Of a DNA stretch of 64,000 nucleotides, positions 40,312-53,700 are shown one piece after another. Position 1 is the first letter of the stretch. The number at the start of each line of letters is the position of its first letter. The DNA is taken from NCBI RefSeq assembly GCF_022539665.2, contig NC_081333.1:8556001-8620000 (forward strand), read 5' to 3'. This DNA comes from Daphnia carinata (lineage: Eukaryota). The translations under genes and the position numbers were made by a program. The notes under the pieces are model-generated. The model had not been told where the DNA came from. It saw only the letters and a program-made list of their open reading frames with translations, and did not search any database.

Positions 40312-42467
40312 CCGGTATTCAAGTGGGAGCTCTCTAAATGTGCGCGGTATCATTTGGAGCTTGATACGCCAACAGCTTTAAATCGCGGGAGCATGCGTAC
40401 ATGATCATGCTATCATGCTGCCTAAAAGGGATAATAATTCATTTTATTTTTCATTAAAACATTTTTGGAGTTTATTAACACAAAATGAAATTCTTTTTTA
40501 CTAAAATCAATATATTGATAATATAGTTTATGAATAAAAAAAAAGAAATGTGTTTATGGTGAGCCAAACGTACCTGAGAGACTCTGGATGTCGCCGGTGT
40601 GACTCCGATGATAGTTGTTGCCCTTCATGATGTTGGACATTCGACGGATGAATGCACATATCAGGCAAAGACACTCCCTGATGGGAAACCTGAGAGATAA
40701 ATGGTTGTACCTATAGCCACGGAACTTAAGACGATAATGTTCTTTGCAACCTGTCGCTGGCGTCCGCACAAAAAAGCCATTATGGATCGTTAATATATAA
40801 CTGCACGTATAAATGAAGGTTGACAGCATTCGCAAGAGGGTCGCTTGACTGGTAGGATGTGTCGAAACCCCACCGTAGCATTTCTTACACATTTCTATCC
40901 GTCTTTTCTTATGTAACCACGCAGCCACACATATGCGGCCCATTCGATTTTGTCAGTTCCAATGAAGTACAGCATTACCATTGCTGGATCAGCGTAGCAA
41001 GGGGAAAAGGAAAAAAAAAATCCTTACCAATAACATTATAGAAAAGCTGAGATACTCCAAATCATTAAAAACAACAATAGAACATTTACTTTATTCTACA
41101 AAGTTATTGGAGGCAGATAGATAAAGAAATTCCGCCGAGAAAAGTTTAATTTACGTAGCTCAAGACCAAAGGTATGCTAGAGGTAGGGTAGGAATAACGA
41201 GAAAACGAAATAAAGAAAAACGGTGGCCATAATGGATTTTTGGTCTCCCTTTCCTCAATTTCGATGCGCTGACGCATTCCGTACCTAAAAGATGTGCTGT
41301 TTCTCGGGATCGTCGAAAATAAAATATATTTTAAAACAAATAACTGCTGACGAGATAATGGGAAACAATAACTAAAAGCGATAAGACAGAGACAGTGAAC
41401 ACAAATTCGAGTCTACGACCCGATTTGCTTTGTCTTATTAACCACAACCTGGCATATTGCAGATGAGCGCATACAAGAACGTGTAAGAAACAAAAGGTAT
41501 TTAAATTAAGATGTAGATAATTTACAAACCATTTATTCAGCTGGTGGTATTTGTACATTAAACGGCAGCGATATCACTGTAATGCTGGTAGCTCCCTCGT
41601 AGCTATGTTCCCTCGTAGCTATTCAAGTTTTGTGCGAACGCCGAATCAGCTACCTAAAACAACGTTGGCCGTACCTGTTAATTTCGCCATCTTGTTAGCC
41701 AACACCAAGTACAAGATAATATCCACGCATTCACTGCTGCTTAATTGTCTTTTCAAATACAGAAGGGCCTGCCGAATCACTCGAACCGCATGTCTCGATG
41801 ATTCAAACGTGTTAAACTAACAATACTTTCAATCGATGCCCAATATTTGCCAGAATGACACAATGTGCGGACATAGAGAAGCTGTGATCGATGCACTACA
41901 CTACACCTAGTACACCAGTCAAAACGAGAAACACTAATCATACACAAAGATATTTTCACTGTCGTTTACCTTTGGACTTTCTGCCACGTCTGCTAGTTTC
42001 TTCATCGACACGTTACCTACTGGAGCCTTTTGCCACGCACGCAGCGTTAGCCTGTTGGGCAATTTCAGAAGTAGGATGAGGCCGAAAAGGAAGGGTTCGC
42101 AATTCTCAGGCTGTCTACCTTTTTTCTAAAATTTCCAACGGAAAGGTAATGGTAAGAAATTTAATTCTTATCCCAACCTTCTCCACAGTTTTCTACCTCT
42201 TCCTCTTTTACATGCGTCAGTTGTCAGTGACAACTTACACGGACTGCTGGGGTCGTCCAGAAACCAATGTATGTCGTATGAGATCACGAATTTTAAATTT
42301 TATTTGGCAAAAAAAAGAATAGCAATTGAGATACCACACATTCTTTAATTCCTAACAGTATGGAGATCGAGCGGCTCATAATGGACGTTCGTATCATACG
42401 TTGGTTAATTCCAGAATGACCAAGGAAAAGGAAGTAAGAGTGTAATTGAATTTTTCCAGGTGCTCCG

Positions 42468-45400
42468 CTAGAGGAAATCAGATTCTTCGTCGTCAAGGGA
42501 AAATTTCTTCTGGAGCGGCTGGTATCGTAAAAGCCAATGAGTTTCCATTTCGCCTTTGCCCTGTGAATTGTTAAAAAACAAAGCAAAGCAGATTTTAATG
42601 TTTGGAACAATAAGGATATCAGAACAACAAATCACCTTAACCATCACGATTCCGCGTGGTTCACTAATGAATCCATCAAAGCATTGCAAAAGGTTGTAAG
42701 CCACGCGCGAAATTTGAATTTTGCCAGGCTAGCTCAACAATGTCAGGCGAACAAGATGAAGAAACCAAAGAAAAGTAAATGCCATTTTGCAAGTTTTCCT
42801 ATAGTATTAATCAATAAAATTGAGTTGTGTACCAAACTGGTGCTTTGCATGCGGGCTGCAGTGTTGACAGTGTCACCAAAAAAACAATAGCGAGGCATTT
42901 TTCTGCCCAAGACTCCAGCAACCGCAGGACCAGAATGAACTCCTGTATGTTTGAAAACAATGAACTACTGATCATAGCATTTAGAACCACAGATAGCAAA
43001 CCTATACGAATCCGGACACGTGTGTCGTTGTTCACAGACAACTCCTCCATCACATCACAGAAGCCAAGTGCCACTAAAACATGAAAATAAAAATCTTGTC
43101 CATTTTGGCAATTGTTTTCCAATTTTTCAAAGCATTAAGATCGTACCCATACACACATCTTTTATGTGCGTTTCGTTTTTGGTTGGAGCACCTCCAACTA
43201 CCATGTACACATTCCCTATCGTCTCCACCTATGCGTCATTACAGACCAATTATCAAATCCAAACTTTTTGCCAAATTCTTAACTTACCTTGTAAACGTTG
43301 TGTTGATCAATCACATTGTCAAGTGCAGAGAAAACGGCATTCATACAACTGACAGCCTCTAGTGCACTTTTAGTCATTAGATCGTCCATGTTTGTCATTT
43401 CCACAAACGAGATAGTTACACATTCAAAAGCCTTTGATCGGATACAACAGGAAGTACGCCCAAAAATTTTACTGTCAACTAGAATTAAAATTAAATATGT
43501 AAATAAAAATATTTACCTCGCAAGTGTCAACTGGCTCTTGGCCTCTTCGTAGCCCTTCGGCAATGGATTGAGGAATCATGGAATAGAGCAGCTCGTCACC
43601 TCGCATTTTCCATTCGTCGAGAAGTTCGTGCGTTACTTGCAATTGGTTTGCCTTTTCTTCGGCACGTTCGTACAAATCTTCCAATCTTAAAAATATTTTT
43701 TTTATGATTTCCATGTCATTACAGGTTAATAAGATAACATACCGCCTACCTAGAATTGTGTTGTTGTCCTGCCATGATCATTTCGCGACCATGTCCGTGT
43801 AAAGTGAGATCACTAAGCGTGAGTCCCAATTCGGACAAATCATCGATGTTGTCAATTCTAGAATGCAAAGAAATTAAAAGCGTCCACAAATTGCTCTCTT
43901 TCATTGAAATTACAGCGGATTGCAGAGATATATGATGGCTTGCCAATCTTTAATGTGTCGCATTTCGCCACGAAGTAAAAGATAATTAGGTTCCACTCTT
44001 TTTGATTTGTATGATATTGTCCTGGAAATCTTCGACAATGAATTTTCGTCAGTGGTTTGCGTAACCAACATCATTTCAAGCTCACACGCAACGCGCTGAA
44101 GAGTGACCAACTAAAAGAATTAAACACGTCTAGTTAAGATCGGTTTAAAGATATAACATTAACATCAAAGCCATTTGGTTTTTTACATTTTCCCAGCTGA
44201 GATTTAACCTGGGGCGTCGCAACCTTGCAACCTCAGGGAGGGATTGTCCGATCAACTTGCGACGCGAAAACAATTGCTTCAGCTGATAACCAACAGAGAT
44301 TATCTTGAGATCCAACCGGAAAATCATGCTGAAGGGAAACAGCTGCAATAAAATGCCGCTCGATAGTTCAGTCAGCGGTTTGTGCTGCTTGTTGCACTTT
44401 AGATTGCCGAGGAAATTCCCTTTGCGCTCCAGCGCAATCGCACCATTTTCCATGGCCTTACAAGCCATGTAATTCCGATTGTCAAAATTGAGCCGAATTT
44501 GATATTTAAGGCCTTCTTCATTGTTTTCATTTGGTTTATCTGGAAGCAAGGGCGTAGAAATATGCAGGTCGTAAAAATCTTTGGCGACCTGCTCTAATAT
44601 GCCTAATCAGAAGAGAAAGTAGCAAACTTTTCAGATTAAATCTTCTTTTCTTATCTTTTTTTTTCACTTCTAAAAATACATAGCCTAAGGCAGCAATGGC
44701 AAAATGTAGACTAATAAGGAAAGAGCTCCATTATTTCATTTAAAAAAATTGTGCCAGATTGCAAAATGTTTACCATAAAGGAAAGGAGGAAAGCCGCTCC
44801 GGGAAGTCCTATAATGGATGACGACGCCATTCTCGTCTTCCTCGAGAATGTAAATGAAAGGATTATCCATTTTGGGGTAGGTGTATTTCATATGCAAGTG
44901 AACACTATCGATTCCGGAAAGAAAATCGCAAAAGAATCGTCCACATCTCTATTCATAAATGGAAAAATGTGATCAAAAATCCAACAAGTTGTGTATCCAA
45001 ATACACGGAACAGGTGGAATCAGATGCGCATATGACACAGAATAGAAAGATAAGCCTTACTTTGATGTATTTTTCATATCCAAAAGTCCCAGCTGCTCGG
45101 ATGAAACAGCGACCGAAATACATAATAACATCTTTTACAGTTAAACCGTTGCCGATTTCAGTTACGGCAGCGTTCGCTAGGTTTGCAACCAAATCCTAAA
45201 AGACATTTGTTGAATCATTACATTTCTAATTTACAAGTTAATTATTGTTTTCCAAAAGAAATTACATCTGGATACACACTATGCGTGCAGAAAATTATGT
45301 TTCGGTAGCCTACTTTTTCTAGAAGCGAGAACCATAGATCGGTTCCATATTCTGCCTAAATAGAAATATGTAGAGTGAGACGGACGTTAATTGGCCATAG

Positions 45401-45909
45401 ATGCAAAACATGCAAAACATTGCTAATTTTATTTACTTAATCCTACCCAAAATTATAATTAAACTAAAAAAGTAAGTTGATGTTTTCACTTTTCTTCAAT
45501 TAATGACCATGAAAGCAGGTCAGGTAACTTGAGGCGCTCTCATTTTTTGAAAGCGATCAGTTTATAAGAAATAATAAAGACAAATAAAGTAATGCAACGA
45601 AGGGTTGTAAAAGTTTACTTACCGTAAAAAGTTTCTTAATTGGCTAAGCAATTAAAACATATGCCTATTAATGGAGGTCTACTGCTTAATTAAAAATTAT
45701 TGGATACAACGGGGTTTTCGATCCACTACTGTCATCGTTATAGTTCATAGCGCCGATTGGCCTAATTTCTATTTCTCTAGAAAATCTCTCTTTTCTATTA
45801 CTCTAGAAAGCCTGATAAACTAGGTGTAACAGAGCCATCGTTTAAAATAAAAGACAACATTCCTTACCTGAACGACAGATCCTATGGTCACGAAAATTAT
45901 TCCGTACAT
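42468..45909 (-). CDS. Atypical soluble guanylyl cyclase, Gyc89D-type, copy C (apparently intact; closest to copy B)
   Basis: Exon 1 [14 protein letters not shown] (45909-45868); H-NOX DSVHLH...[15 protein letters not shown]; coiled coil [16 protein letters not shown]; cyclase [26 protein letters not shown]; ends [10 protein letters not shown]. Confidence 0.92.
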
Positions 45910-46109
45910 ACTAGAATATTGATTTACGGTGCTAAACCAAAGAAGTTTTGTTTTTGAATCTTCCAATTCAAGGAATGAGGAAATTTAATCTGGAAAATAA
46001 AAAAAAAATGAAAAGATATATTTATTTTCTTTAACGTGCCAAAGAAACTTGTCGAATGCGAACTTGCTGTGCGGTCGAAAATTTCTGGTTAATGGCACTC
46101 AACACAGCC

Positions 46110-46117
46110 TTTATATA
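46110..46117 (-). promoter_or_regulatory. Candidate TATA box (TATATAAA) for sGC copy C
   Basis: About 200 bp upstream of ATG 45909, in the sense orientation; motif match only. Confidence 0.35.
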
Positions 46118-47721
46118 ACCTATCAACACTACAATTTCGAGCTACTGTTGATGTCCAAATGCCTGACCAGTTTTCCCATCCGCATGCACTAATCTATTGC
46201 AGTGTGGGTCTCACTTACTAACCGGCGCACTGTTTCTAAAGAAATCTTGGAATGAGAATTCACTTACTAAACACCTCCAGGTGGACATTTTGGTATAAAT
46301 AGATTCAGTTACTAAATATAGAACAACTCACGGAATTGGCAGGTATAGAGGGATTTCCTTGATGAATACTTTAAATAAGTCAGGCATCACGGATCACATT
46401 TTACTTCTAAATAAAAATCTGAGAGGAAACAAAAAAGCCAAATATGAAGCTACAGCTCTTCTGCTTGCTTTTTATCTTTCCCAAGATCAAAATTCCAAGG
46501 AATACTTGTGAAATTATCAATCGTTGTTTCAACGAGAATCAGCGACGCCCCTAAGCATTTGAAAATGAAACATGAAACAGCTAAAACTGAAAGCTCCAGT
46601 CAATAAATATAAATGATTACATATTCATTAAATTCCCAAACGATTTACGTCAACGTTACGTCATAAAATATACTACCTGAAAAGGTGACAACGATCCGAC
46701 GATTTTTACTCCGTTCCTTCATTGGGAAGTGGTTTGCTGGTTTTGTCTTTCACTAGTCACAAACAAAACAGTGTTGATGAAAACACTTGCACATCGCTGA
46801 ACTCCCGGATTAAGAAAAAAACTGCATCCCACGTTTGTTGGTCCTTGTGCGGTGAGTACTTCACAATCGACAGTCTAGTAGTGAAACCTTGGAAAATAGA
46901 AAGCCAACGAAGAACTCTCGTTGGTTTGGAAACAGCCCACCAGGGATACAAAACCTTATGTAATATATTTAATCGACAAAGTCAGAGGTAGCCTCAAACA
47001 AAGATTAATCTATTTTTACTCAACTTTTTTCTTGAAATTCTTGATTCATTGAGTTGAAAGGAGTTACAGGAATCGAGTGAAATCAGGTAGAAAAAACCCT
47101 TCGTTTGTTGCGATTGCATCTTATTCTTGTCCACTTGCAACATAATGACATCCCCGCCTGGTGTGGAAAAAGAGCTAAAACTTACCAGCAAATGAAAATA
47201 TTGGAAACTCGTCGTGGACGGAGATATGAATCACCTATGAATCAGCGTTCGATTTGTGTAGAACCCTGTAAATTTTCTTGTGTGATGAAGCGAATTTTCC
47301 AGACGCATTAGACGGAATTGGCGTTAGTTATCTTTTATACAGCGTCGCATATGTAGAATCACGTCGGTGATGGTACAGGCGATGTGTGCGCCCTTTTATT
47401 ATTGGTTATTAACATACGATAAATAGGATGATTGCAACATCACTATTAATAAAAATAGATGGCTAGAATCCTGTCGATGTCTAAAGTTCGTTTGTCTTTT
47501 TTGAACAATGCGATTGGTATTTTGGGTTTTGTTCACGTAGGAAACCAACGTAAATTCGGCTAACAAGATCAACATGTGTTTGGTGCTCGTCTAAACATTG
47601 TCAAAATTTGCCTACGTTTGGCCGACCTGTAATTTTTGAGATCGATTATTTCTATTGTAATGCAGATCAGCGTGAAATTGGACGTATTGATGCGGAAGAA
47701 AACCGATGAGATTAATGGAAA

Positions 47722-50700
47722 TCATTCCGGTTCTCCAACGGACGGCAGTTCGTATCTCAGTAACCAGTGAGTATTCATCTCTCCTTTGCCCTGTCAATAA
47801 AAGATTGATTTTAATGTTTTAAACCAAGCTTGATTGCAACGAAATGCCATATCGACTAAAGAGCCCCGATCAATTTCCATCGTAATAATGAGAAGGATCA
47901 CTCTGCACGCAAAAAATGCCTAATGATCGTTATTTGAAGTGTGTTAATTTCTAGAATTGATTCAATAGCGGATTTAAAAGACAGAAATAGCAAATAAGAA
48001 GCTGAAAAGTCCAAAATAGAGAGCCAACTTTCACCTACGATCGGGCCGTACCTTAACAAGCACCGTTCCACGCAACTCGCAGACAAATCCCTCCAACTTC
48101 TGCAAATGGCAAAAAGAGTTGTGAGAGATGTGGATCTTCCCCGGCTGAATGACCCCCAATAGATAGGAAAAGTTTCATTAAATGAGTTACTTTGTCGACA
48201 TGAAATAGTCAACACAATTTCTTTACCAAACTCGTTGTTTGCATGCGAGCCGCCGTGTTGATTGTGTCGCCAAAAAAACAATAGCGAGGCATTTTTCTTC
48301 CAACGACACCAGCAACTGCCGATCCCGTGTGAAAACCTTTACGAATTTAAATATTAAGGTGAACATTTTAAATGTAATGATAGGTTCAGTTATACCTATG
48401 CGAATGTGCACAGACATTTCACAACTGTTCACAATTTTTTCGATTTCGTCACGGAAACTGATTGCAACTAAAATCAATGATTCCGATTTAAAATGTGATA
48501 AAAAGCAATCCGTAAAAATCAAATTACCCATAGCTACATCACGAACGTGAGTCTCATTTGTTTCCGGTGCGCCACCGACCACCATGTACACTTTACCCAC
48601 AGTCTCCACCTAAATGACGGGCTTATCAAAATTAATCTTTTTTCAAAAATTCTCTCGACGCAGTGAATATTCATAAGAAAATCGAGTAAACAAACCTTGT
48701 AGACGCTGTGTTGATCGATTATGTTATCAAAACAGGAGAAGACAGAGTTCATGCAACTGACCGCTTCCATGGGACTGGTGGCTGTGATTTCGTCGATGTT
48801 TGCTAATTCAACGAACAAGACCGTGATACTTTCGAAAGCCTAGAGAAATCAACAAAGACGAAAGTCACACACACCCTATTCGGGTTGCGATGATTATAGA
48901 AATCCTTACACAAAGGATTCTTGTGCCCTTGTTTTTCAACAATTCGAAATAAAAAGATTTCCAAGAAAATTTTTATCAGTTTTATCAGTCCCGTTATCTT
49001 TTTTTCTACCTGACATGTGTCTACTGGATCAGTGCCGCTACGCAAGCTATCTGCTACCGACTGAGGGATCATCGAGTAGAGCAACTTGTCACCGCGCTTT
49101 TTCCACTCGTCGTGCAGCTCGTACGTTTGTTGAAGCTGTTGTGACCGCTCTTCGGCCCTCTCGTACAGATCTTCCAGCCTGTTCGGAACAAATGACACTG
49201 CCAGTTTAACTGAATCAAAGGTATACGTTTATAAAAAATTTAGAAACCGTGAATTATGTTGCCAACCGGCCATGACCATATCGCGTCCGTGGCCGTGAAG
49301 GCTAAGGTCGTTAACTGTCAATCCCATTCCATCCATGTCTTCCAAATTGTTGATTCTGTAAGCCATTACATAAAGCAAAAGGGGAAGTGATCGAACTTTA
49401 TAAATAAATCGCTTATTAATGTATAGTAAAAGTTGTAAAAACTGACAAGGGATTGCAGAGGAAAATCATGGCGTCCCAATCCGATAGGTAGCGCAATTGT
49501 CCTTGCAGTAAAAGACGTCGGTTTTCCTCTTTTGCTACTTTATTTACCACTGCGTCCCCTTTTTCGGGAGCCAAATGGCGCGTGTTTTTCCTTTCTGTTT
49601 GACTTGTAGGCAATATCTCCATTTCGCAGAGAACTTTTTGAAGGTTGTATAACTAAACGAAAAGATAAAAGACGAATTTTAGCAATCAAATTTGCTTGCA
49701 TAGAAAATGGTGATGAGGTTTTGTTACATTGTCCCATGTGAAAAGGAGCTTTGGTCGGCGAATTCTGGCAACATCAGGCAACGCTTGGCCAATCAGCGTA
49801 TTGCCCGGAAACATGTTCTTCAACTGACGTCCTGCCGATATGATCTTGAGACTCGGACGGAAGACCAACGTGAAGGGAAATAGCTGCATCAGGATGCTTG
49901 ACGATAGCGACGTCAGCGCTTTTTCCGCAGCTATTGTTTTAACTGATACTCGATTCGAAATATTTATTCGACCGAGTTCCAGCGAGCCATTACAAGCCGC
50001 TCGGCCAGCCATATAGTCTCGGTTATCGAAGTTCAGTCGAAAGCGAAACTGATAGGATTCCTCTTGGCTGAAAGTCGTGTTTGGTAGTTCTTCGACTGCC
50101 AATTGGATTCCGTAGAAATCGTTGGCAATCTGGTGCAACTGACCTAAGGTAAAGTATTAAAAAACAGATTTCAATTATGAATTATATGAAATTTTAGACT
50201 TTTCTAGGCATCCTAAAAATTAGGAAATAATGCCCTTACGCTGCCATTTCAAGGCATTTGCATAACTATTTGGATACCCTAAGAAAATCTCTTGGAATGA
50301 AAAATTCGTGATGAAGGCATCTTTGAAAAGGAAATATCTACTGCGTTAAAGCAATTGTGTAGCTTCCGGGAGGGAGGGAGGGAGGTTAATCACATCGCCA
50401 CCCAGTCTCAAGTTACTTGACAAAAATAAATGCGTGACTCAATATTTGACCGTTACCAATCAAATAAGGGCAGAAGCCGTTGCGTGTTGTGCGGTAATGA
50501 AGCACGACGCCTTCAGAGTCTTCGTGGGAGATGTACATGGACGGAGAAACCATTTTTGGATACATGTATCTCATTTGCAAATGGATGTTGTCGATACCGG
50601 TGAGAAAGTCGCAGAAGTAGCGTCCACAAACCTACAGTTTAATTACAAAATAATAATAAATAAAGAAGCTCAAGTGAAAAACAACTCACGCGATAAGAAT

Positions 50701-53700
50701 GGCAAGATCAAGTTAATAATAGCGAAACCGCGACACACACCATCGAAAATAGCTTCCATTGAGTGCACGAAGGCCCTTCGTTGCCACACTCACGATCCGA
50801 CATCCCCAAAAGAAATGTGGTAGGTAAGAAATAAGAGAAGACGATTCTTGACAATAGTAAATATCGACCGGCCAATGTGTCAGGAACAGACCCACGCAAG
50901 TTTTATACCGATGGGCAAATCGATACGGACTACAAGATGTTCCGAGTTCAACGGGCGTTTCCAATCACCGGACGCTCGTAAGCGATATATGAATTTGAGC
51001 AATCGAAGTAAGTTATACGCGCACTATGGTAACAAGTCGACAATACGTGCAGCTTAAGGTCAATCCTTTTTTTTTCTTCTCCTGTATGAATTCGTTTACG
51101 TGGTTTCATTGCCCTGACTTCCGTACGCACGGACAGAGGAAATGAAATCTATCTCACGGTAGATAGACGTCTGACGTGCACGGAGTATTGAATGGCTTCC
51201 TGCAATATCCGTGCAGTTACAAACGTAGAAACAAGAAGATACGCGTATGACAACTAGCGTTGAGATAAATCTAAAATCAATAGCTAAAGGAAATCAAAAC
51301 AAATTGAGATGACAAAAAACTCGAGATTTCATCGTGTGATAATGAAAGGCAACAAGCTGCAGGGTTACTGGGTATGAAGTCATCAACCCCAAGCAGTAAG
51401 AGGTATTAAGCATAAATTGTAACCGGGTTCAGTGAGTGTTTCCTATTGGACAGCGGAAGGCCTGCCAAAATAAAGAACGGTCTGAATTACCTCAAACAAA
51501 AAAATAAAAACTACATAGTCTAGTAAGAAATCCATTTGCCAATTCCCCTAATCTAGAAAAATAGCTGACGGGGGATTTCTTTATTATTCGGCCAATAGTG
51601 CTCGCCATTTCCTATGAATTTGCTATTAAAGACTGGCTGAAAAGCAACAGCAAAAGATAAATATCTTTGGGTAGGTACCACTAGATTTATTATTACAGCC
51701 CGGGCTGCCATTCCACCCTAGCTATATCTTTCGCCGTGTACTAAAGCTAGAAAAAAAAAACCTTTTTCGACGCTCTCCACGTTATTGATAGATCAAGATC
51801 GGCAGGGCCACTGCCTATTACACGCAGACAGAAGATTGGACTGAATATATACGTGGTATGGCCTTTGATTCAACGATGAAGCCTTCTGCGTCGCCTGTGG
51901 TCTTATTGCCATTCCTGCCTTTGGTACTCAATAGAAAGGCTTACCTTCGTTCTCGTCTTAATAGCTTTTGTACAGTCATTCCGTACAGATACAAAGATTA
52001 CCTACGATAAAAGAAGTTCTATGGCGGCACAATTTTTCTTACCTCGCCCGGTACTTTGCAGCTCGTATCCTTGACGTTCTAACGATTTTTTTTATGAACG
52101 CTTTCAAATGATTTTGACTGTAGGATTAAAGTTTTACTGGCCACTATAATTCTTTTGAAAACAAAAAAAACTAACGTCATCCATAAATAGTTAATCTTAA
52201 TAGCTGCCACAAATAAAAAATGAAAAACTGCAGTGATATTTGAAACGGGAGCGGGGAGGAAAAAAATTCCAATTTTGATTCATGTTACAACGATAATAGT
52301 TTAGTATTTTCATAAGGACACGGCTAAATAATCCTATTCTTACTCGGCATTAAGCACAAAAAATGATCGTGTAGTGAAGCAAAATAAATAACACGGTCGT
52401 TGTGTTATCTAACAATACACACACCGTTGCGCATCCGTTCCTTTAACATGTGGTTTACCGCTTTCTTCAAAAGATTGATTCCATACAAATGGAGGCAGTT
52501 AGTTTTCACACGTTTTTGGCATCGATCTTTTGCGTAACTCACCCGATATCGAGTGGTGCAACTCAAAAAGGGACATGTAATGTACTAGCGGCGGTACACG
52601 CCCTGTCAATTCACTATGGCTGGAGCAGAAAAAGACCTTTTTTGAGTGCACCATCAATTTCTGTCAGGTTATTTTACTAGATACATTAGCGTTCAACCTC
52701 ACCAGATTCCGTAACTTCTAGTTAACCAACAAGTCAAACTTCAGCAAGAAAAAAACAATAATCCCAGCGCACCTAATTAACTACTGTGATGACGCAAGTC
52801 TTATTAAGACGCGGTTGTGATTCTGTTTGAACGACTTTGTCGCCAGCAGCCTTCTACAAAAGAAACCATTGTAATGGTTGTGATGAAAGAGTCAGAAATC
52901 AACGACTAAAGGATGTACCGAATGATGGGCCTCACACATACGGCGTCGCTCACAATAACGAAGATTCCATTATAGCTAGACAAGACGCAATTTCTTCTCG
53001 GCACTCCAATTCTTTTGATGTGTCTTATCGCAAGTATAGAGCCAAACGAAGAGCCTCTCAATCCATCAAATTCTTCGGTAAGCTTTACATACTCTACGCC
53101 ACAAACAATTTAACAAAAAAAAAAAAAGAGTCGGTGATGACTTAGGGTCCGAGAATTCCATCCCGCAAAATGAAAAGAATCGACAGGAAAATAAATAAAA
53201 CTTACTTTGATAAACTTTTCATAGCCGTAGTGACTGAAGTAACGGACGAAACAGCGGCCGAAGAAACGTAAAAAGTCCTGTCGGGTTGAGCCATTGGCAA
53301 CAAGCTTGACGGCAGCATCGGCCAGCTTCATGATCAGTTCGTCCGGATAGATGTGGTGGGTACGAAAAACCGTGTTCCGATAGCCGACGCTTTCTAAAAT
53401 GCCCAGCCAAGTTTCTTCTCCATACTCGAGCTAAAAAAACAAACAAATACCAATTCAATAAAAAAAGAAATCAATTACACTTGCGCGGCTACGGACATTA
53501 AAGACATTTAGGCAATGGTCTCGGCTATATGGAATGTTCTTTTTTTTTTTAAAGTTTTATCGCCGTAACGTGCAAAGCGGTTTCATGACGGAAGCGACAC
53601 ATTAGCGAGACGATTGTGATCTGCTTTTGTATTGGAAACGACACAAGTGGAGAGTAGAGTAAGTCCGAGCCAAATTACGTGATCGATTTATCGACCAACC

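Noticed and set aside
40554..42300. Spacer between sGC copies C and B with a 129-aa ORF and a short direct repeat (ccctcgtagctat x2, ~41593-41622)
   Set aside because: No transposase or RT motifs, terminal repeats or sGC exon remnants that I could identify; not enough to call a mobile element or a fifth copy.
48052..48144. Suspected frameshift in the sGC copy D PGKIHIS exon (the ORF track shows another frame)
   Set aside because: Manual translation gives an intact 93-nt exon, [31 protein letters not shown].
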